A DNA stretch of 64,000 bases from Octopus sinensis (GCF_006345805.1 NC_043004.1:8866001-8930000), one strand, 5' to 3'; positions 23,828-39,140 are shown, numbered from the stretch's first letter. Translations and numbers: made by a program. The notes: a model not told the origin generated them from the letters alone.

Positions 23828-24960
23828 AGGGTGCGGCGAATAAACTGTCGTCTAAATTACGCAAAAATGAAAATAACACTGACATCTCATTTTAACAGAT
23901 ATTCTTTTATTTGTTTCAGTCACTTGATTGCTGCCATGCTGGAGCACTGCCTTTAGTCGAGCAAATCGACCCCAGAGGTTATTCTTTTCAAGCCTAGTAC
24001 TTATTCTATCGGTCCCTTTTGCCGAACAGCTAAGTTACAGGGACGCAAGCAAACCATTATCAGTTGTCAAGCGATGTTGGGGGGACAAACACAGACACAC
24101 ACAGACACACACACACGATGGACTTCTTTCAGTTTCTGACTACCAAATCCACTCACGACGCTTTGGTTGGCCCAAGGCTATAGTAGAAGACACTTGCCCA
24201 AGGTGCCACGCAATGGGACTGAACCAAGAACCATGTTGTTGGGAAACAAGCTTCTTACCACACAGACACGCCTGCGCCTATATATTTACCAAAATTGCCT
24301 TAAAATATCTTGAAATATTAAAGGGTAAATTTATTCAATAAAATGGACATTGGCTTCAACCACGGCCTCCAGATGACTTTGGAATTTCCTGCAATTCTTC
24401 TGGACGGTCTCCTTGCTTAAATTGGTGAATGCTGCCATAATCCTTACCTTCAGTTCATCTTTGGTGTTACAAGGAGTTTTGTCGGTCACTCTCTCTGATC
24501 TGCGCCTCATACATAATAATCAAGGGGTTGCAGTGTGGGGAGTTAGGTGGCCAGATTTTAGGGGTGGTGTGGTCGCAGAAATTGTCTGACAGTCATGAAT
24601 GGGTTCTCCTGCTTGTGTGGTATGGTGCTGGGTCCCGTTGCCAGATATAGGGTCTTCCTCTTGACCCAGGGCAGCACTACCTCCTGCAGGCACTTGATGT
24701 ACGCCTCCGTATCGAGTCTGAGGCCGTGTGGGAAGATGAATCGAAGCATAACATCGCTATCACTAGGGATCACTCCAAACAGCATGCTGTTGACTGGATG
24801 TTTGATATTTTCATTCTCTGTACATGCTTTGGGAACATGGCAAGTCCCCAGATTGACACCCAAACACTCTGAAATGTACGTATTGCAGGTTCCGGCGCGA
24901 ATGCCAAGCAGTACAGCATGTCGTTTCCAAATTTCTGGTTGAGAGAATTGCATCATGGAG
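23828..24960 (-). mobile_element. internally deleted DD37D transposon interrupted by a SINE
   Basis: Minus-strand fragments EIWKRHAVLLGIRAG, FIFPHGLRLDTEAYIKCL and a WPPxSPDCNPLDY-like motif; TIR-like start at 23828. Confidence 0.75.
23905..24282 (-). mobile_element. tRNA-derived SINE family A
   Basis: Reverse complement of the family A consensus seen at 17853. Confidence 0.85.
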
Positions 24961-25295
24961 CTGACCCTACGATACTAGGTAGTCAACAAAATACAGACAT
25001 ACATACACAGGGTGCGATGGATAAATTGTCGCCATTCTATAATTTTTATTTCCCGAATGTGCATTGTTTGTTTTTGATTTTGTTATGGATAGTTTGAGCA
25101 CAGAAAAAAAAGCAATTTATTTATATAATAGTCAATTTCATATCGCCTACGTACGTTTCAATTTCTTACCTTCATTCGTATTTTACAATTAAGATTGCAT
25201 TATGCATTTAAAAGGTAGAAATCTCTTTGGGGCAAAAATTTATAAATGTTCGTTCACATCCTAATGTATGGAGAATTGCCTACCGATTGAAACAG

Positions 25296-25338
<43 letters not shown>

Positions 25339-26510
25339 AGCATGTGTGTCTTTTGGAGGCCTTTCTAAAAAAAAGTTTAAGGTTAAATTACGACCACAAT
25401 GGACAGTGGCTAGTTGTAGACCCGAGGAACTAGATCATACTACTATTCCCCCCTTAATAAAATTTTGATTGGTATTCTTATAGAGGTTAGCTGCCACTCC
25501 TTTTTCGACTCCTTTGTGAAAAGAATACAAATAAAATATACATATTTGTAAGTATCCAAATCAATTGATATAACTTCTAGCTATTTGATTATGAGAATTT
25601 CAATTCTTATTACTATTTTTTTTATTTAGATGCATTAGACTAATTTGTTGATAGTTTGGGTTATTATAAATATTTAGTTAAACTGATTTTTTATTTATTT
25701 AATGGGGATATGATTCACTCTGTATCACATATGTGGAGTTAGACTACTTCCAAATGGTGAGTAATATTTCATTTTAAGGTTAGTTCCTATTTTTATTTTT
25801 ATTTTTATCATTCACGGAGTGAATGATATTTAAATATAATTTATTTAAATATAAATTATTTAAATATAATTTATTTAAAAATTTGTTAAATACACACACA
25901 AGCACACATACACAAACACATCCACACACACATGCATACACACACATGTATATTTCTTTTCCCTTATAAATATAATAAGCTGCCTATCCCTCATTTATTT
26001 AATATAATTGTTAAATTATTTATTTTGATACATCAGCTGATAGTAAGGGTTTTGATTAATATAGAATTATTAGTTTTAGATATATATTTATTCACATAAT
26101 ACCTGTTTACTTATATTTGGTGCTCCAGCATGGCCGCAGTCAAATGACTGAAACAAGTAAAAGAGTAAAAGAGTAAAGAGTATATCTATTCTTATAATGT
26201 CTGTTCAATTTTATTTATTTGAATTTATTAAACGTATATTTAATTCTATGTGGGCAACAAAATCTCTTTCGCTTTTATTGTTGATTAATTTGTGTTTGGA
26301 TGTAACGATCGGGAAAATTTCCTCTACGCATAAGTGACATCTTTTGCTTTCAATGCTATAAGATTTTGCCCGACTACTTACTAGAATTGGTTCGCGAAGT
26401 ACAAATAAAACTTTAAAAGTAGCATGTCAATGTTGAGTTGAAAAAACCGTTTTGGTCAGAAAAAGTCGAAGGCAACCTTCGACTTATTTTATCTAAAACG
26501 GTTTTTCAAC

Positions 26511-26549
<39 letters not shown>

Positions 26550-26550
26550 G

Positions 26551-26593
<43 letters not shown>

Positions 26594-26607
26594 GTCCACC
26601 TGTCAGC

Positions 26608-26638
<31 letters not shown>

Positions 26639-26824
26639 CTTGTCTGTCTATCTGCACACATACACACACGTATATATATATTCTCAACTGAATAGATAAA
26701 AGCAAGAATAGTGCTTAGCATTATATTAAATAAGTTCCAAAATTTAAACATGTATGGATGGATGCGTGTATGTATGTGTATGTCTACGTAAATATATGTA
26801 TGTATATACGAATACATACATACA

Positions 26825-27180
26825 AACGTATCCGAGTCATTGATGTGAAAACCCGGAATATACTAACAAGCACACGCAATTTCCACATAAACAATGACTT
26901 AGACCGCCTCTACCTAAAACAGAAACAAAGCGGCAGAGGTTTATCGTCGATTCAAATTGCCTTTGAATGTCGTATCGTATCCCTTTCGGCAACATCTTTT
27001 GACCACCGAGTGTCGAATTGCATCCCTTGACCAAGTCTGCGTACATGGGGTTTATTGCATCATAAGACTTGGAAAGCAGTTCCTTGAGCAGCATTTCTTG
27101 TCTGATAACCTTAAATACATACCCAAAGAGGTCGCACGACTCTACCGCAATGTATCATCAGATGAAAGGATGAGACTATA
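26825..27180 (+). pseudogene. R4/Dong-like RLE LINE relic (post-RT region)
   Basis: IDVKTRNILTSTRNFHINNDLDRLYLKQKQSGRGL resembles the DRKTRK...DVDRLYLPRxxGGRGL motif. Confidence 0.7.
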
Positions 27181-28468
27181 CGCACACACACACACACATG
27201 AATATACATATGCATTATATATGTGTATGTATGTATGTATGTATGTGCGTGCTTGCATGTGTGTGTGTGTGTGTAGATAAAAATAAACTTTTGGAAGCTG
27301 AATGTGAACACAGCTTTTAGTGAAACACTCACTTGAAAGAGAGAGAGAGAGAGAGGAAGGAGAGGGAGAGGGAGAGGAAGGAGAGAGAGAGAGAGGGAGG
27401 GACCCACTTGTGTGGTAAATAAACAAACAGCATCTCGATGTAACAACAGCAGCAATGTTTACAGCGGACGACAACAACAACAACAATAACAACAACAACA
27501 ACGGCAACGATTACCGACGACGAGAAGCAAAACAGCAAGACCAACAGCAACAGCAAGAAGAAGAAGACGAAAGAGAAGCAGTACTTCTCGAAGAGTTGTT
27601 AAAACAACAGAAGCTACAATTTATTCTAACAAGAAGAATTCTACAGCGATGGCTGGAGGCAAATGTTTGTTGTTTTTTGCTGTTAGCAGCAGAACGACTA
27701 CAGCTGTAGTTGTTTTTGTTGTTCTTACTATTTATGGTCTTTGGGCAACGAACGGTGAGGTTTGTGAATGGGGTTCCGATTGTTATGTCTCCTCTCTCTC
27801 TCTCTCTCGCTGCTCTTCTTCTTGTATTTGTTGTTATTGTTGTTCTGAAAATTTTTATTGCTTTTTTTTTTTACTCTTTCATGTTTACGTTATTTTTTTT
27901 TCTTTCTTTCAGTCTTCTATTGTTTTTTTTTTTGTCTTTTTTTTGTTCTCAGCAATCTTTGTTGTTTGTTTTGCTTGTTCTGTAGCATTACTTAACACGC
28001 TTTCTTTTGAAAAAAAAAAGAACTTAACAACAAACTAAACACTGTTGTTGATATAGACTGGTTTCAAACAAAAAATGGCACAACAAAAAGTGCTTTGATA
28101 TACATACCTACATACATACATTATACATATATATATATATATATATATATAGATATATATATATATATATAACTTTAAATGCATGTTTGCGTTTGTGTAC
28201 AAACATACATACATACATATACACACACACACATATATATATGTATACGCGATATATTTATTCTCCTAAGCATATAAGTATATGTAAATAAAATGAGTAT
28301 AATGTTAGATATATTCGTCGGCTAGAATTTGAACATGTGTAACATATCTCGACAAGTAGAGTCATGCCGACAGACGGACACGCACGCACGCGCACGCACA
28401 CACAAAACACACACGCACCACATATATGTGTGTGTGTATGCACATGTATGTGAGTATATAAGTATAGG

Positions 28469-28519
<51 letters not shown>

Positions 28520-28609
28520 AGATAAGGAAATAGGCTGGTGAAGGGGGAGATAGACACACACATATATACGCTGGTAAATATACGAATTAAGTAGAGAAAG
28601 AGAGAAAAG

Positions 28610-28642
<33 letters not shown>

Positions 28643-28800
28643 GAGAAAAGGAGAGAGAGAGAGGAAGGGAGTGTGTTGTAGGATAAATAGACAGGATATA
28701 TGGATGTATGAATTTATATATGCATATAAATAATGTTTCTATACTTGCAAAGATATGTGCATACATACGTCAAGGCATACGTACATACATGCCTACATTC

Positions 28801-28848
<48 letters not shown>

Positions 28849-29790
28849 GAAAGAAAGAGAGAGAGAGAGAGAAGGAACATACATGCTTACACGAGAGTCT
28901 TGCATTGTCTGAATGTCTGTCGATAAAAGACAGGTAGAGAGGAACATGAATTGTGAGATCGACACATTCGCACAACCATCCACACATGTATACCTACAAA
29001 ACTATACACTTAAATATAAAGAGACAGATTAACAAATAGACAGCTACGAAAAACAGATAAATCTATATGGCAGTATAAAAAAAGATAGATATATGCGTGT
29101 ATGGACGGCTAGATAAATATTTACATACATAGATAAATAAATACATAGTTAGCAAGATATATAGTCATGTCGAAAGATGGTTAAATAAGCAAGTGTAGGG
29201 ATGTGTGATATTGCGGCGCTTACTGCTTAAGCGCTTTAAATATTCTGGTTTGTCTGTAAGGATCAAAGAATATTTGTCAGCAGCACAACATCTGCAGCTC
29301 GAGAAGAGACAGTGGCTTTGATGTACATTCTCTTCATGAATATGTGTGTGTGTGTAGATAGGTATGTATGTAAGATGCATGTATGTATTTTTGTATGTAT
29401 TTCTTTATGTGTATATATATATATAAATATGCATGTATGGATGTATGTACGTGTACGTATATGTGTGTGTGTGTATATATCTATTCAAACAAATAAGTGT
29501 GTAAGAGATAAAAAGGATACATAAACATCCATTATTACATAATCATATTCTATGAGTGCGTGTGTATACGTGTGTGTGTGTGTATACGTGTGTGTTTGTG
29601 CAAGCCCTTTTACACAGTCTTTTAAATCTTTCTGCCCTGACAACGGAGAAAACGTAATCGGCAGCCACGAATGTTTAAGTAATGAGGTGTTGAGTCGACT
29701 TGGTATTAAATACAACTCGAACACGAAATCTGTTGAATGCTATTTTCTCTCGTTTGTTCACACACACACACACACACACTCACACACACA

Positions 29791-29832
<42 letters not shown>

Positions 29833-29988
29833 AACACACACACACACACACACACACACACATCTATATTCGTATCTGTCTGTCTATCTATCTATCTACA
29901 CACATACACACGCACATATTAGTAAGTGCTTGAGTACATATGTGAATATGCGAATGTATATGATTTTACATATGTATATATATATGAT

Positions 29989-30041
<53 letters not shown>

Positions 30042-31099
30042 ATATTATATATATATATATTATATATATATATATGAGAATGCTTGCACACTCGGCAGCT
30101 TTTGATGTTTGCATGTACATATATATTGTTATAGCGTTAAAAGGTGACAATGATAACATTATTATACCAGTTGTTGAGTAAATGTTAATTTCGAACCAAA
30201 TAAGAATCAGAATTACTATTCATCCAGAATTAGTTACATAAAGCTCTTCTTTTGCTCTTTTAACTGCATTTCAGTCACAAAGTTTACTAAAGAAAATATC
30301 AGGAAACATTTGTTGCAGCATGTTTGTAAATGAGTAATTAAATAGATCTGCCTGACATGAGGTTTCATGATTTGCTGTCGGTGTATTCACATGCATTCTG
30401 ATGATAAATTTCCAGTCTTGTCGATATATATTACTTCTTCTTCAGAATTTGGCTTTTATATAAAATTTCTGTATATAAAATTTCTGTTCTTACACTTTAT
30501 ATTTGCATTGATATAATTACCAGAATGTATAAACTGACACGTACCAAAGCGTTTGTCATTGCACATAAATACTGTGGAGATTTTATAACAGCTCTTTGAT
30601 GAAACAATTGTTTCGAATTTGTCGGTTGTCTTTTGCTTATAAGAAGCATTCCAATGGTAATTAAATCCTTTAGTTTATCACGTAGTCAAATCAGAGAAGA
30701 AAATTGATTTAGCGATGCTAAAACTGTTATGGTTATGTGATTACGAGTCAGTACACAACGTAATATCTCGTAGTCTTGCGTTCATATTTCTTGGGTAAAT
30801 CGAAGTTGTGTAACTATTTGTTCTTAGTGCCATTTTATATAACTTAGAGTAGATATATTCGCTTGACTAAAAACGTCTGGAGGTCTGCGAGTCGTCGTCT
30901 TTCTCTGATATTTACATCAGGAACAACAGTGCTAATATTCTTAGCTCGACAGTTTGGGATGCTACGTTTTGTTTGTGGTGGACGGCATGATTTTCAAACT
31001 CAGCTACCGAGGTTTGTTCGCGTCTTTATACTGCATATCCGTTGTAATGTCGGTACTATATTTAATTACCATTATATCAAGAAATAGTAATCTTGTAGT

Positions 31100-31400
31100 G
31101 TTCGTATATTTTCCAAATTCCTTATGGTTTTCTTTTTACAGTTTGGTAGTTATTCTATCAATCTCTTTTGCCATACTACTAAGTTACGGAGATGTAACCT
31201 AACCGACACCGGTTGTCAAGCGATAGGGCGGATGATAAACACACACACTCACAGGCTTCCACACAGTTTCTGCCTACCAAATTCACTCATAAGGCTTAGT
31301 TCGGCCCGGGGCTATTGCAGAAGACACTCGCCCAACGTGCCTCACTGTGGGACTGAACTTGAAATCACGTGGTTAGAGAATGGGTCTCTTAACCACACAG
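31100..31400 (-). mobile_element. tRNA-derived SINE family A (diverged)
   Basis: Family A body and head on the minus strand; a second partial copy on the + strand at ~31570-31715. Confidence 0.75.
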
Positions 31401-31716
31401 CCAGGTGTTTGCAAGTATTTCTATGTAAAACGTATCTTCCAAATATTCCTCATCTAAATCCCGATAATATCCAGCATCCATTTTGACAATAGCATCATCT
31501 TTATCTCCAAGTTTGATTAAATGTTTTTATCGTTTTGGAGATGATGAAGAGCGGAATTTTGCGATTAGTGGCGCGGCTGTATGGTGAGAGGTTTGCTTCC
31601 TAAACACATGGTTCCAAGTTCAGTTCCACTGCATGTTACTCTGGGCAAGTGTCTTCTAGTATAGCCCAAGGTGAATCAAAGCCCTGCGAGTGGATTTGGT
31701 AAAAAGAAGCCCGTCG

Positions 31717-31770
<54 letters not shown>

Positions 31771-31784
31771 TATATATATTTATA

Positions 31785-32627
31785 CGAGTCTGCTGTCATA
31801 ATAACGAAACTAAAGCATGTAGAGTGAAACCGCTTGGCAAATATTGACCTTGAACTCTGCTGTGCATGCGAACTGAGTTTCAGCGTTCTAGCTCACTTCC
31901 GCTGTTTAAAGTAGTGCTTGGAAGGAAGGCGTGTAGCGTGTGATCATCGCATTGACCATAACAGAGAAAGTTGTCATGGCGATAACTGCTCAGAGGCCGA
32001 CGCAATGTTGCAGAAAGTGTATGGAGAGGAGTGTATGAGCTGCACACAAGTGTACGAGTGGTTCAGACGTTTCCAAGATGGCCGAAAATATGTCGATATT
32101 TACGAACGTTCTGGGACACACTCAGCCAACGGAACTAAGAAAAACATCGCAGATGTGCATGCAGCTGTGAGGGGAAATCGTCGAATCATCATCCGTGAGT
32201 TATCAGAGGATGTGCAGATTAGTTACGGTTCAGTCCATTATCACTGAAAAATTGGGTATGAGACGCGTGTCTGACAAGTTTGTACCAAAACTGCTTTCAG
32301 TTGACCAAAAGGACACTCGAGTTTTCATTTGCACAAGATCTCCTTAATATTGTCGAGAGCCATGAAGTTTTTCTGAAAACTTTACGTTGGCCTCTGAGCA
32401 GGTATCGCCAGGGGTTTAGCATATTTTGATGCAGATTCTCTGTTCAGTTTTCTCTGTCATAATCAATGCGAGGAACACACGCTACACATCTTCCCTCCAA
32501 GCACTTCTGTTAACTGAATGCGCATGAACAGCAGAGTTCAAGGTCAATATGCGACAAGCAGCTTTACTCTGCGTATTTTAGCTTCGTTACTATAGCAACA
32601 GTCCAGATACTTAGTTACCAGACCACG
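31785..32627 (+). mobile_element. internally deleted mariner element
   Basis: TA-flanked, with long subterminal inverted repeats (gcatgtagagtgaaaccgcttggcaaatattgaccttgaactctgctg and its complement). Mariner HTH VYGEECMSCTQVYEWFRRFQDG and a KFVPKLL motif. Confidence 0.85.
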
Positions 32628-32932
32628 TATATATGTGTGTGTGTTCGTGTGTGTGTTAGTGTCTGTCCCCCCACCGCTGCTTGACAACCATTGTTGGTGT
32701 GTTTATGTCCTCGCTAGCTGTTCGGCAAAAGTGGAATGAGTACCAGTTAGAGACTGCGGTCGATGTAATCGACAAACCCCCGCCCCGAACTTGCTGGCCA
32801 AAATTTGAAATCAATTGAATACGATTGACATAAACACATTTCCTTTCCTCGTAAGCATAAATAGGCCGACACATAAACAGACAGATAGAAAGGAGAGAGA
32901 GAAAGAGAGAGAGAAAGAGAGAAAGAGGGAGG

Positions 32933-32972
<40 letters not shown>

Positions 32973-34249
32973 AATTAAAAGTCTGATGTCAAATAAGTCA
33001 ATGTCGAATCAGCGGCGCCACAACGGATGCGCCAAAAGTCTCACACCTTGCAGACACGCCCTTATAAAAGTTTTAGAATTTTGAATTTAGCTCTCAAAGG
33101 TCAGTCATTTGCAGCAACCGACACTATTTATCTTCATCGTTTGGGACGCATTTTATCGACCTCAAAATAAAGGAGGATGTCACCAAAATACCACAACGCC
33201 AATTATGTCCACCACACAATACATAAATAAATGTTCAGACCGATGCTTATGCAAACCAACATTATATATATGTATGTATAAATAGAGATAAGAAATGAAA
33301 TAGAGATAAGAATGTGCATTGTCCGTTTGACTGGAAAATTCTATAAGTGGCTGAAGATTGCACGACATTTTAAAACTGATGTAATACTTACGGTGTTTAA
33401 TAAAATGAAGTAGTATGAAACAATTGTACTACTCTAACTAGGATATACTTGTTACTTATTTTGATTATAATCACCCCATTTGATTTATATGGATAATACC
33501 ATACAAAATTCTGGTGCCTTTGACTTAAGTACCATATTCATCTGAATCTAAATTTTGCTGATCTTATATATATATATATATTTACTCTTTTACTCTTTTA
33601 CTTGTTTCAGTCATTTGACTGCGGCCATGCTGGAGCACCGCTTTTAGTCGAGCAACTCGACCCCGGGACTTATTCTTTGTAAGCCCAGTACTTATTCTAT
33701 CGGTCTGTTTTGCCGAACCGCTAAGTGACGAACCGCTAAGTATATATATATATATACATATACACACACACGCCTGATTTGAACTCAGAACATAACCAGA
33801 ACAGCACCACAAGGTATTATTTTCCCCGCTCTATCGACCCATCCACTCATCCAGCGTATGTTAAATAAACACAATCAAATAAGTAATCGAAAAATGCTCT
33901 GATTCTCTCCAGATCGCTTTCAAAGATCAGCCGAAGAGAGGAGCAGACAGACCAGCTGCATGATGCCTGCTGTTCTCTGCGACGATTATCTGTTCTGTAT
34001 TATTTTGAATACCACAGGTGTTTCTCATGAGATTCCATGTTTGTCTTTTTGACTACAGTAAACTGCCAACAGCCACCCAACGCAAAACACAAACGGGATT
34101 TGCCTGAAAACGGTGAAAAAAATCCGCATTCTAAAAGAATCGTATCACATCGAACTTAGCAGATCCGAGCAGAACAAATAAACGTCACTTTCAGATATGC
34201 CGAGCAGCGCATAACACGGTATGTTCTATGTTTGTTTCGGCCACAGTCG

Positions 34250-34283
<34 letters not shown>

Positions 34284-34430
34284 GTCATACCCTGACGATA
34301 GTATATGACGGCACAAAAAAATTCTCTCTCTACAGAGACACAATGCACTCATAGGCATACTCACAAACACACATAACACAAAACTACACATACACACGCA
34401 CACATACAAATATTATTATGTATGTGTGTA

Positions 34431-34462
<32 letters not shown>

Positions 34463-34474
34463 TGTGTGTACATA

Positions 34475-34515
<41 letters not shown>

Positions 34516-34990
34516 TTTCAACAATTGAGGGTAAAATTAATTAATTATTAATCAATTTCACCAAGTATTCAGTATGTAAAGGGACCATTTTAGGCGAATT
34601 CAAAATATTACATTATATATAAGGGCTTAGTAAAATAAATTACTTTGCCACATACTGAACTCATTAGAATAGCAGCTAAAGAAATTTCTTCAGCTATTTC
34701 TAATACTTAAAGAAGATCTCTCTCAGATAGTTTTGCCTAAACCAACTCACAAAGGTATGGGGGAAAAACATTAAAAAATCAAGTGCAAAGGTTATTTGAG
34801 AACGTACGTTTCTAGATTAGTCAATTCGACATTTCTTTCGTCAGCTCAGAATTCCTTGAATCGTATTTGGGAACACTGAAAGTTGGGAGCATACCCTTTC
34901 GGCTTCTTATCACCTCTAGAAATTCTGCTCGAACTAAAAGTGCTATCAAATCCGAATATGCAAGCGAAGAATTTCTGCTCTCCCCTTTCC
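34516..34990. repeat. single diverged monomer of the 544-bp family, bounded by (TA)n on both sides
   Basis: Collinear with the array unit from tttcaacaattgaggg to ctcccctttcca; lacks the ~75-nt junction segment. Confidence 0.85.
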
Positions 34991-35057
34991 ATATATATAT
35001 ATATATATATATCATGTCTGTATTTGCTTTGCAAGATTTTCGACGGGAACTTGTGTA

Positions 35058-35623
35058 TTGGGATATATTTTGTTCTATTTTGAGAGGGTCATTATGTCTA
35101 TAATAACCCACGCACTGGTTCTATTTTACTTTTTATGAGTCAACTGACGAACCGTTTAACCAGTCAACTAATCGATTCTTTAAATGTTTAACCAATACAT
35201 ATACATGCACACGCATACATATACTCACACAGACACACACACACATACATACATTTATACACACACATATATACATACACACATATATACATACATACAC
35301 ACATATATACATGTATACATGCTTACACGCACGCACACGCACACGCACACACACACGCGCACACACACACACACACAACAACACACACACACTTGCCAAC
35401 TGGTCCCTAACAGAATTCTACAGCTACTGCACGTATTTTAGAGAAATTCTCAGTGACAAAGGCTGCGAAAGTGCAATGAAAATGTTACCACCTCAATAAA
35501 TAAATCGATTAGTTGACTGGTTAAATGGTTCGTCAGTTGACTCATAAAAAAGTAAAATAGAACCAGTGCGTGGGTTATTATTGGCATAATGACCCTCTCA
35601 AAATAGAACAAAATATATCCCAA
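35058..35623. repeat. inverted repeat, ~120-bp arms around a microsatellite-rich spacer
   Basis: 35058-35177 is the reverse complement of 35503-35623. Confidence 0.85.
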
Positions 35624-35769
35624 AACTTCAAGTGACTACAACAGATTTTTCCTGTTCTTAAATCGATTTCCTAGATCGTAATCGTTTCAGTTTCTACATC
35701 ACAGTCGCAGATGAAATCATTTTCCAAACGAGTAGAATTCAGAAATATATTCTCACAAATGTATATAAA

Positions 35770-36280
35770 ATATATTTAAGGTAAACGCTTGTGTGCTGAG
35801 GGTACTAATGTACTCCTTCACCGAATGCAGGAGTTGGTGTCTCATTAAGAGGAGAAGCAGCTCCATCGGTGTTTTGGCCCCTTCCACTGCGTACCAGAAC
35901 TGTCTTGGACCACTGGCAGATGAAAGCGGCAAAGCTCCCACACATCAGCAGAAGCTTTGTTGAGTCAGATGTTGCGACTCTGGGCCGGAATTTCCTTGCT
36001 GCACCGCCTATTCTTTATCTTGAGTCAGATCTAATCGCTTGCTTTCTCAGCGTTTTCTGACTATCTGGCAGTATCTTTTCTCTCCTTCCCAGCTAGTTCA
36101 AGACTCTTGAACATCTAGTGAAATTTGGTTCCATCAAATCCTCTAGCACTTGATCCCTACAGGGAGGCATATCGTCTCCCATCCATTGCTTCCACAGAGT
36201 GCAACCAGCTCAATGTCTTTTGCATCTTCCCCGAGGAAAGCTTCTTAGTTATTCGCTTCCCAGGGAACTGTCATCTCTAC
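35770..36280 (-). pseudogene. 3' end of a Hero-like RLE LINE
   Basis: Minus strand EMTVPWEA...ELVALCGSNGWETICLPV..ARGF...AEKAS resembles the ELTVPWE...GW..FPVEVGCRGF restriction-like endonuclease C-terminus. Confidence 0.6.
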
Positions 36281-36365
36281 CATCTTTTTCCATCTTCCTT
36301 TTCTTGCACCACACACACATACACATAAACATCATACACACATATACACATACATAAACATACAA

Positions 36366-36770
36366 GGCGCCGAGCTGGCAGAAACGTTAGCACGCCGGGC
36401 GAAATGCTGAGCGGTATCACGTCTGCCGCTACATTCTGTGTTCAAAATTCCGCCGAGCTCGACTTTGCCTTTCATCCTTCCGGGGACGATAAATTAAGTA
36501 CCAGTTACGTTCTGGGGTCGATATAATCGACTTAATCCGTTTGTCTGTCCTTTTTTGTCCCCTCTGTGTTTAGCCCCTTGTGGGTAGTAAAGAAATAGGT
36601 ATTTCGTATGTCTTTAAGTTCTGAGTTCAAATTCCGCTGAGGCCGACTTTGCCTTTCATCCTTTCGGGGTCGATTAAATAAGTACCAGTTACGCACTGGG
36701 GTCGATCTAATCGACTAGCCCCGTTCCCCCAAATTTCGGGCCTTGTGCCTAGAGTAGAAATGAATATTTC
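36366..36770 (+). mobile_element. SINE family B (dimeric)
   Basis: ggcg(c)cgagctggcagaaacgttagcacgccgggcgaaatgct head; the body gagttcaaattccg...ggggtcgat..aatcgac is duplicated internally. Confidence 0.85.
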
Positions 36771-37097
36771 TTTCAAGCGCATTACATTGAATATGAGAAT
36801 TTTATCTCTTTAAAGAATTTTTATATTCTTCATTAGTGTTTTAGGGCGAATTTGGAACAGCAACGTTTCTAATTTCTATTCGCGTTTGAAACCTCGGTCT
36901 CATCATCAGAATGAAGAGATGATAGTGGTGCTAATATCATCTTGTTTTTTTTTTTCCCCATTAGGCAGCAAGGAATCATGGGAAGGACATTTTAACTGGT
37001 AAAAAATCATCTTCGCTGGAAACGAAAATTGTTAACCTGTTAACTCCTAGTCATTCTCCTGGTTTATTCCAACGGTGCGGTGTCTACATACCGATAT

Positions 37098-37325
37098 ATA
37101 TTTCTTTACTGCCCACAAGGGGCTAAACACAGAAGGGACAAACAAGGACAGACAAACGGATAAGTCGATTACATCGACCCCAGTGCGTAACTGGTACTTA
37201 ATTTATCGACCCCGAAAGGATGAAAGGCAAAGTCGACCTCGGCGGAATTTGAACTCGAAACGTAACGACAGACGAAATACGGCTACGCATTTCGCCCGGC
37301 GTGCTAACGTTTCTGCCAGCTCGCC
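37098..37325 (-). mobile_element. SINE family B, inverted relative to 36366
   Basis: Reverse complement of 36366-36600 at high identity. Confidence 0.85.
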
Positions 37326-37384
37326 GCAGAGCAATCAGTGTACTGAAGCCGACCAAGGGCTAAACAATAGCAGCAACATCAAAA

Positions 37385-37438
<54 letters not shown>

Positions 37439-37776
37439 CTTCTTTTACACCTCTTCCGCTTCACCCTCCCCCCTTTCTAATTCCCTAACTCCACCCCGAC
37501 ACATTTATCAGGTTTCACAAAAGTCAAAACACCTAACCGTTTGCTAGCAAAACACACCGTCACTTTTGTTCCCAAATATTTATTTACTCAATCACTCCTT
37601 CCAAACCACATTTCACACTCCACTTTTTTCAACAACTTGCACTTTCTTCTCCTTCTTTTCCTTATTTTTCTCCTCCTCCTCCCCCTCCGTCTTCTAACTC
37701 CTCTTATTCACCCTCTTCTGTTTACGAAAATATTATGTCCTTTGTATAAAGACATCTGTAGATCTCAATAATACAT

Positions 37777-37807
<31 letters not shown>

Positions 37808-37864
37808 TAATTGTACAAAGTATGCAAGTACGCACACATAAAATAATGTTTACATATGCATGTG

Positions 37865-37898
<34 letters not shown>

Positions 37899-38275
37899 AT
37901 ATATATATATGTGTATATTTCTATACACATACGCACAGACACTCACTTATATATACATATATATATGTATATATATATATATCTGTGTGTGCGTGTGTGT
38001 ATAGATATATATATTCCTATACACACACGCACAGACGCTCACTTATATACACATATATGTATGTATGTATATCTATGTGTGTATATATGTGTGTGTGTGT
38101 ATGTGTGTGTGTATGTGTATGTGTACCCACATATAAACACACACGAACACACACACACACGCTCACATACACACTCATACATGTACGAACACACAAAGGC
38201 ACACACATATATATGTTTATATATATACATGTGTACCTGTGTATACATATGCATACACGTACACACACACGTACT

Positions 38276-38321
<46 letters not shown>

Positions 38322-38474
38322 TGTGTGTGTGCGCGCGTGTGTGTGTGCGTGCGTGTATATATGTTTGTGTGTGTATATATACACATATACATATATGCTT
38401 ATATACATCCGTATATGTATGTATATAATATATATATATATACGAATCATTTTCTCCCCCCTCTCTCTCTGTAT

Positions 38475-38523
<49 letters not shown>

Positions 38524-38524
38524 G

Positions 38525-38566
<42 letters not shown>

Positions 38567-38754
38567 TGTATGTATGTATAAATCAATATATGTATGTATG
38601 TATGCATGTATAGATGGATGTATGGATGGATGGATGGATGGATGGATGCACGTATGGGTGTCCCTATCCACCCGTTGCTATTTCCGCCCACTCGTCTCTA
38701 CAATAACCGTTCCACCCAGTTTAGATTTCTAACACACACATTCTCGTTGGCAGT

Positions 38755-38798
<44 letters not shown>

Positions 38799-38804
38799 TG
38801 GCTT

Positions 38805-38842
<38 letters not shown>

Positions 38843-39049
38843 GCTGCTACTACTACTACTACCGCTGCAGCTGCTGTTACTGTTGCTGCTGCCGCTGCTG
38901 CCGCTGCTTATACTACGACTGTTGCTGTTGTCCCCAGCATCATCACCCTGCACAGCGATTAATACTCGTACATATATAAATATATATATACACATATATA
39001 TATTTATACATGTATATAAACATTATATATGTATATGTATATCTGTATG

Positions 39050-39092
<43 letters not shown>

Positions 39093-39140
39093 GCATACAT
39101 GTATTTGTATGTATACACGTATCTCTTTTTCTCTGTTCCC

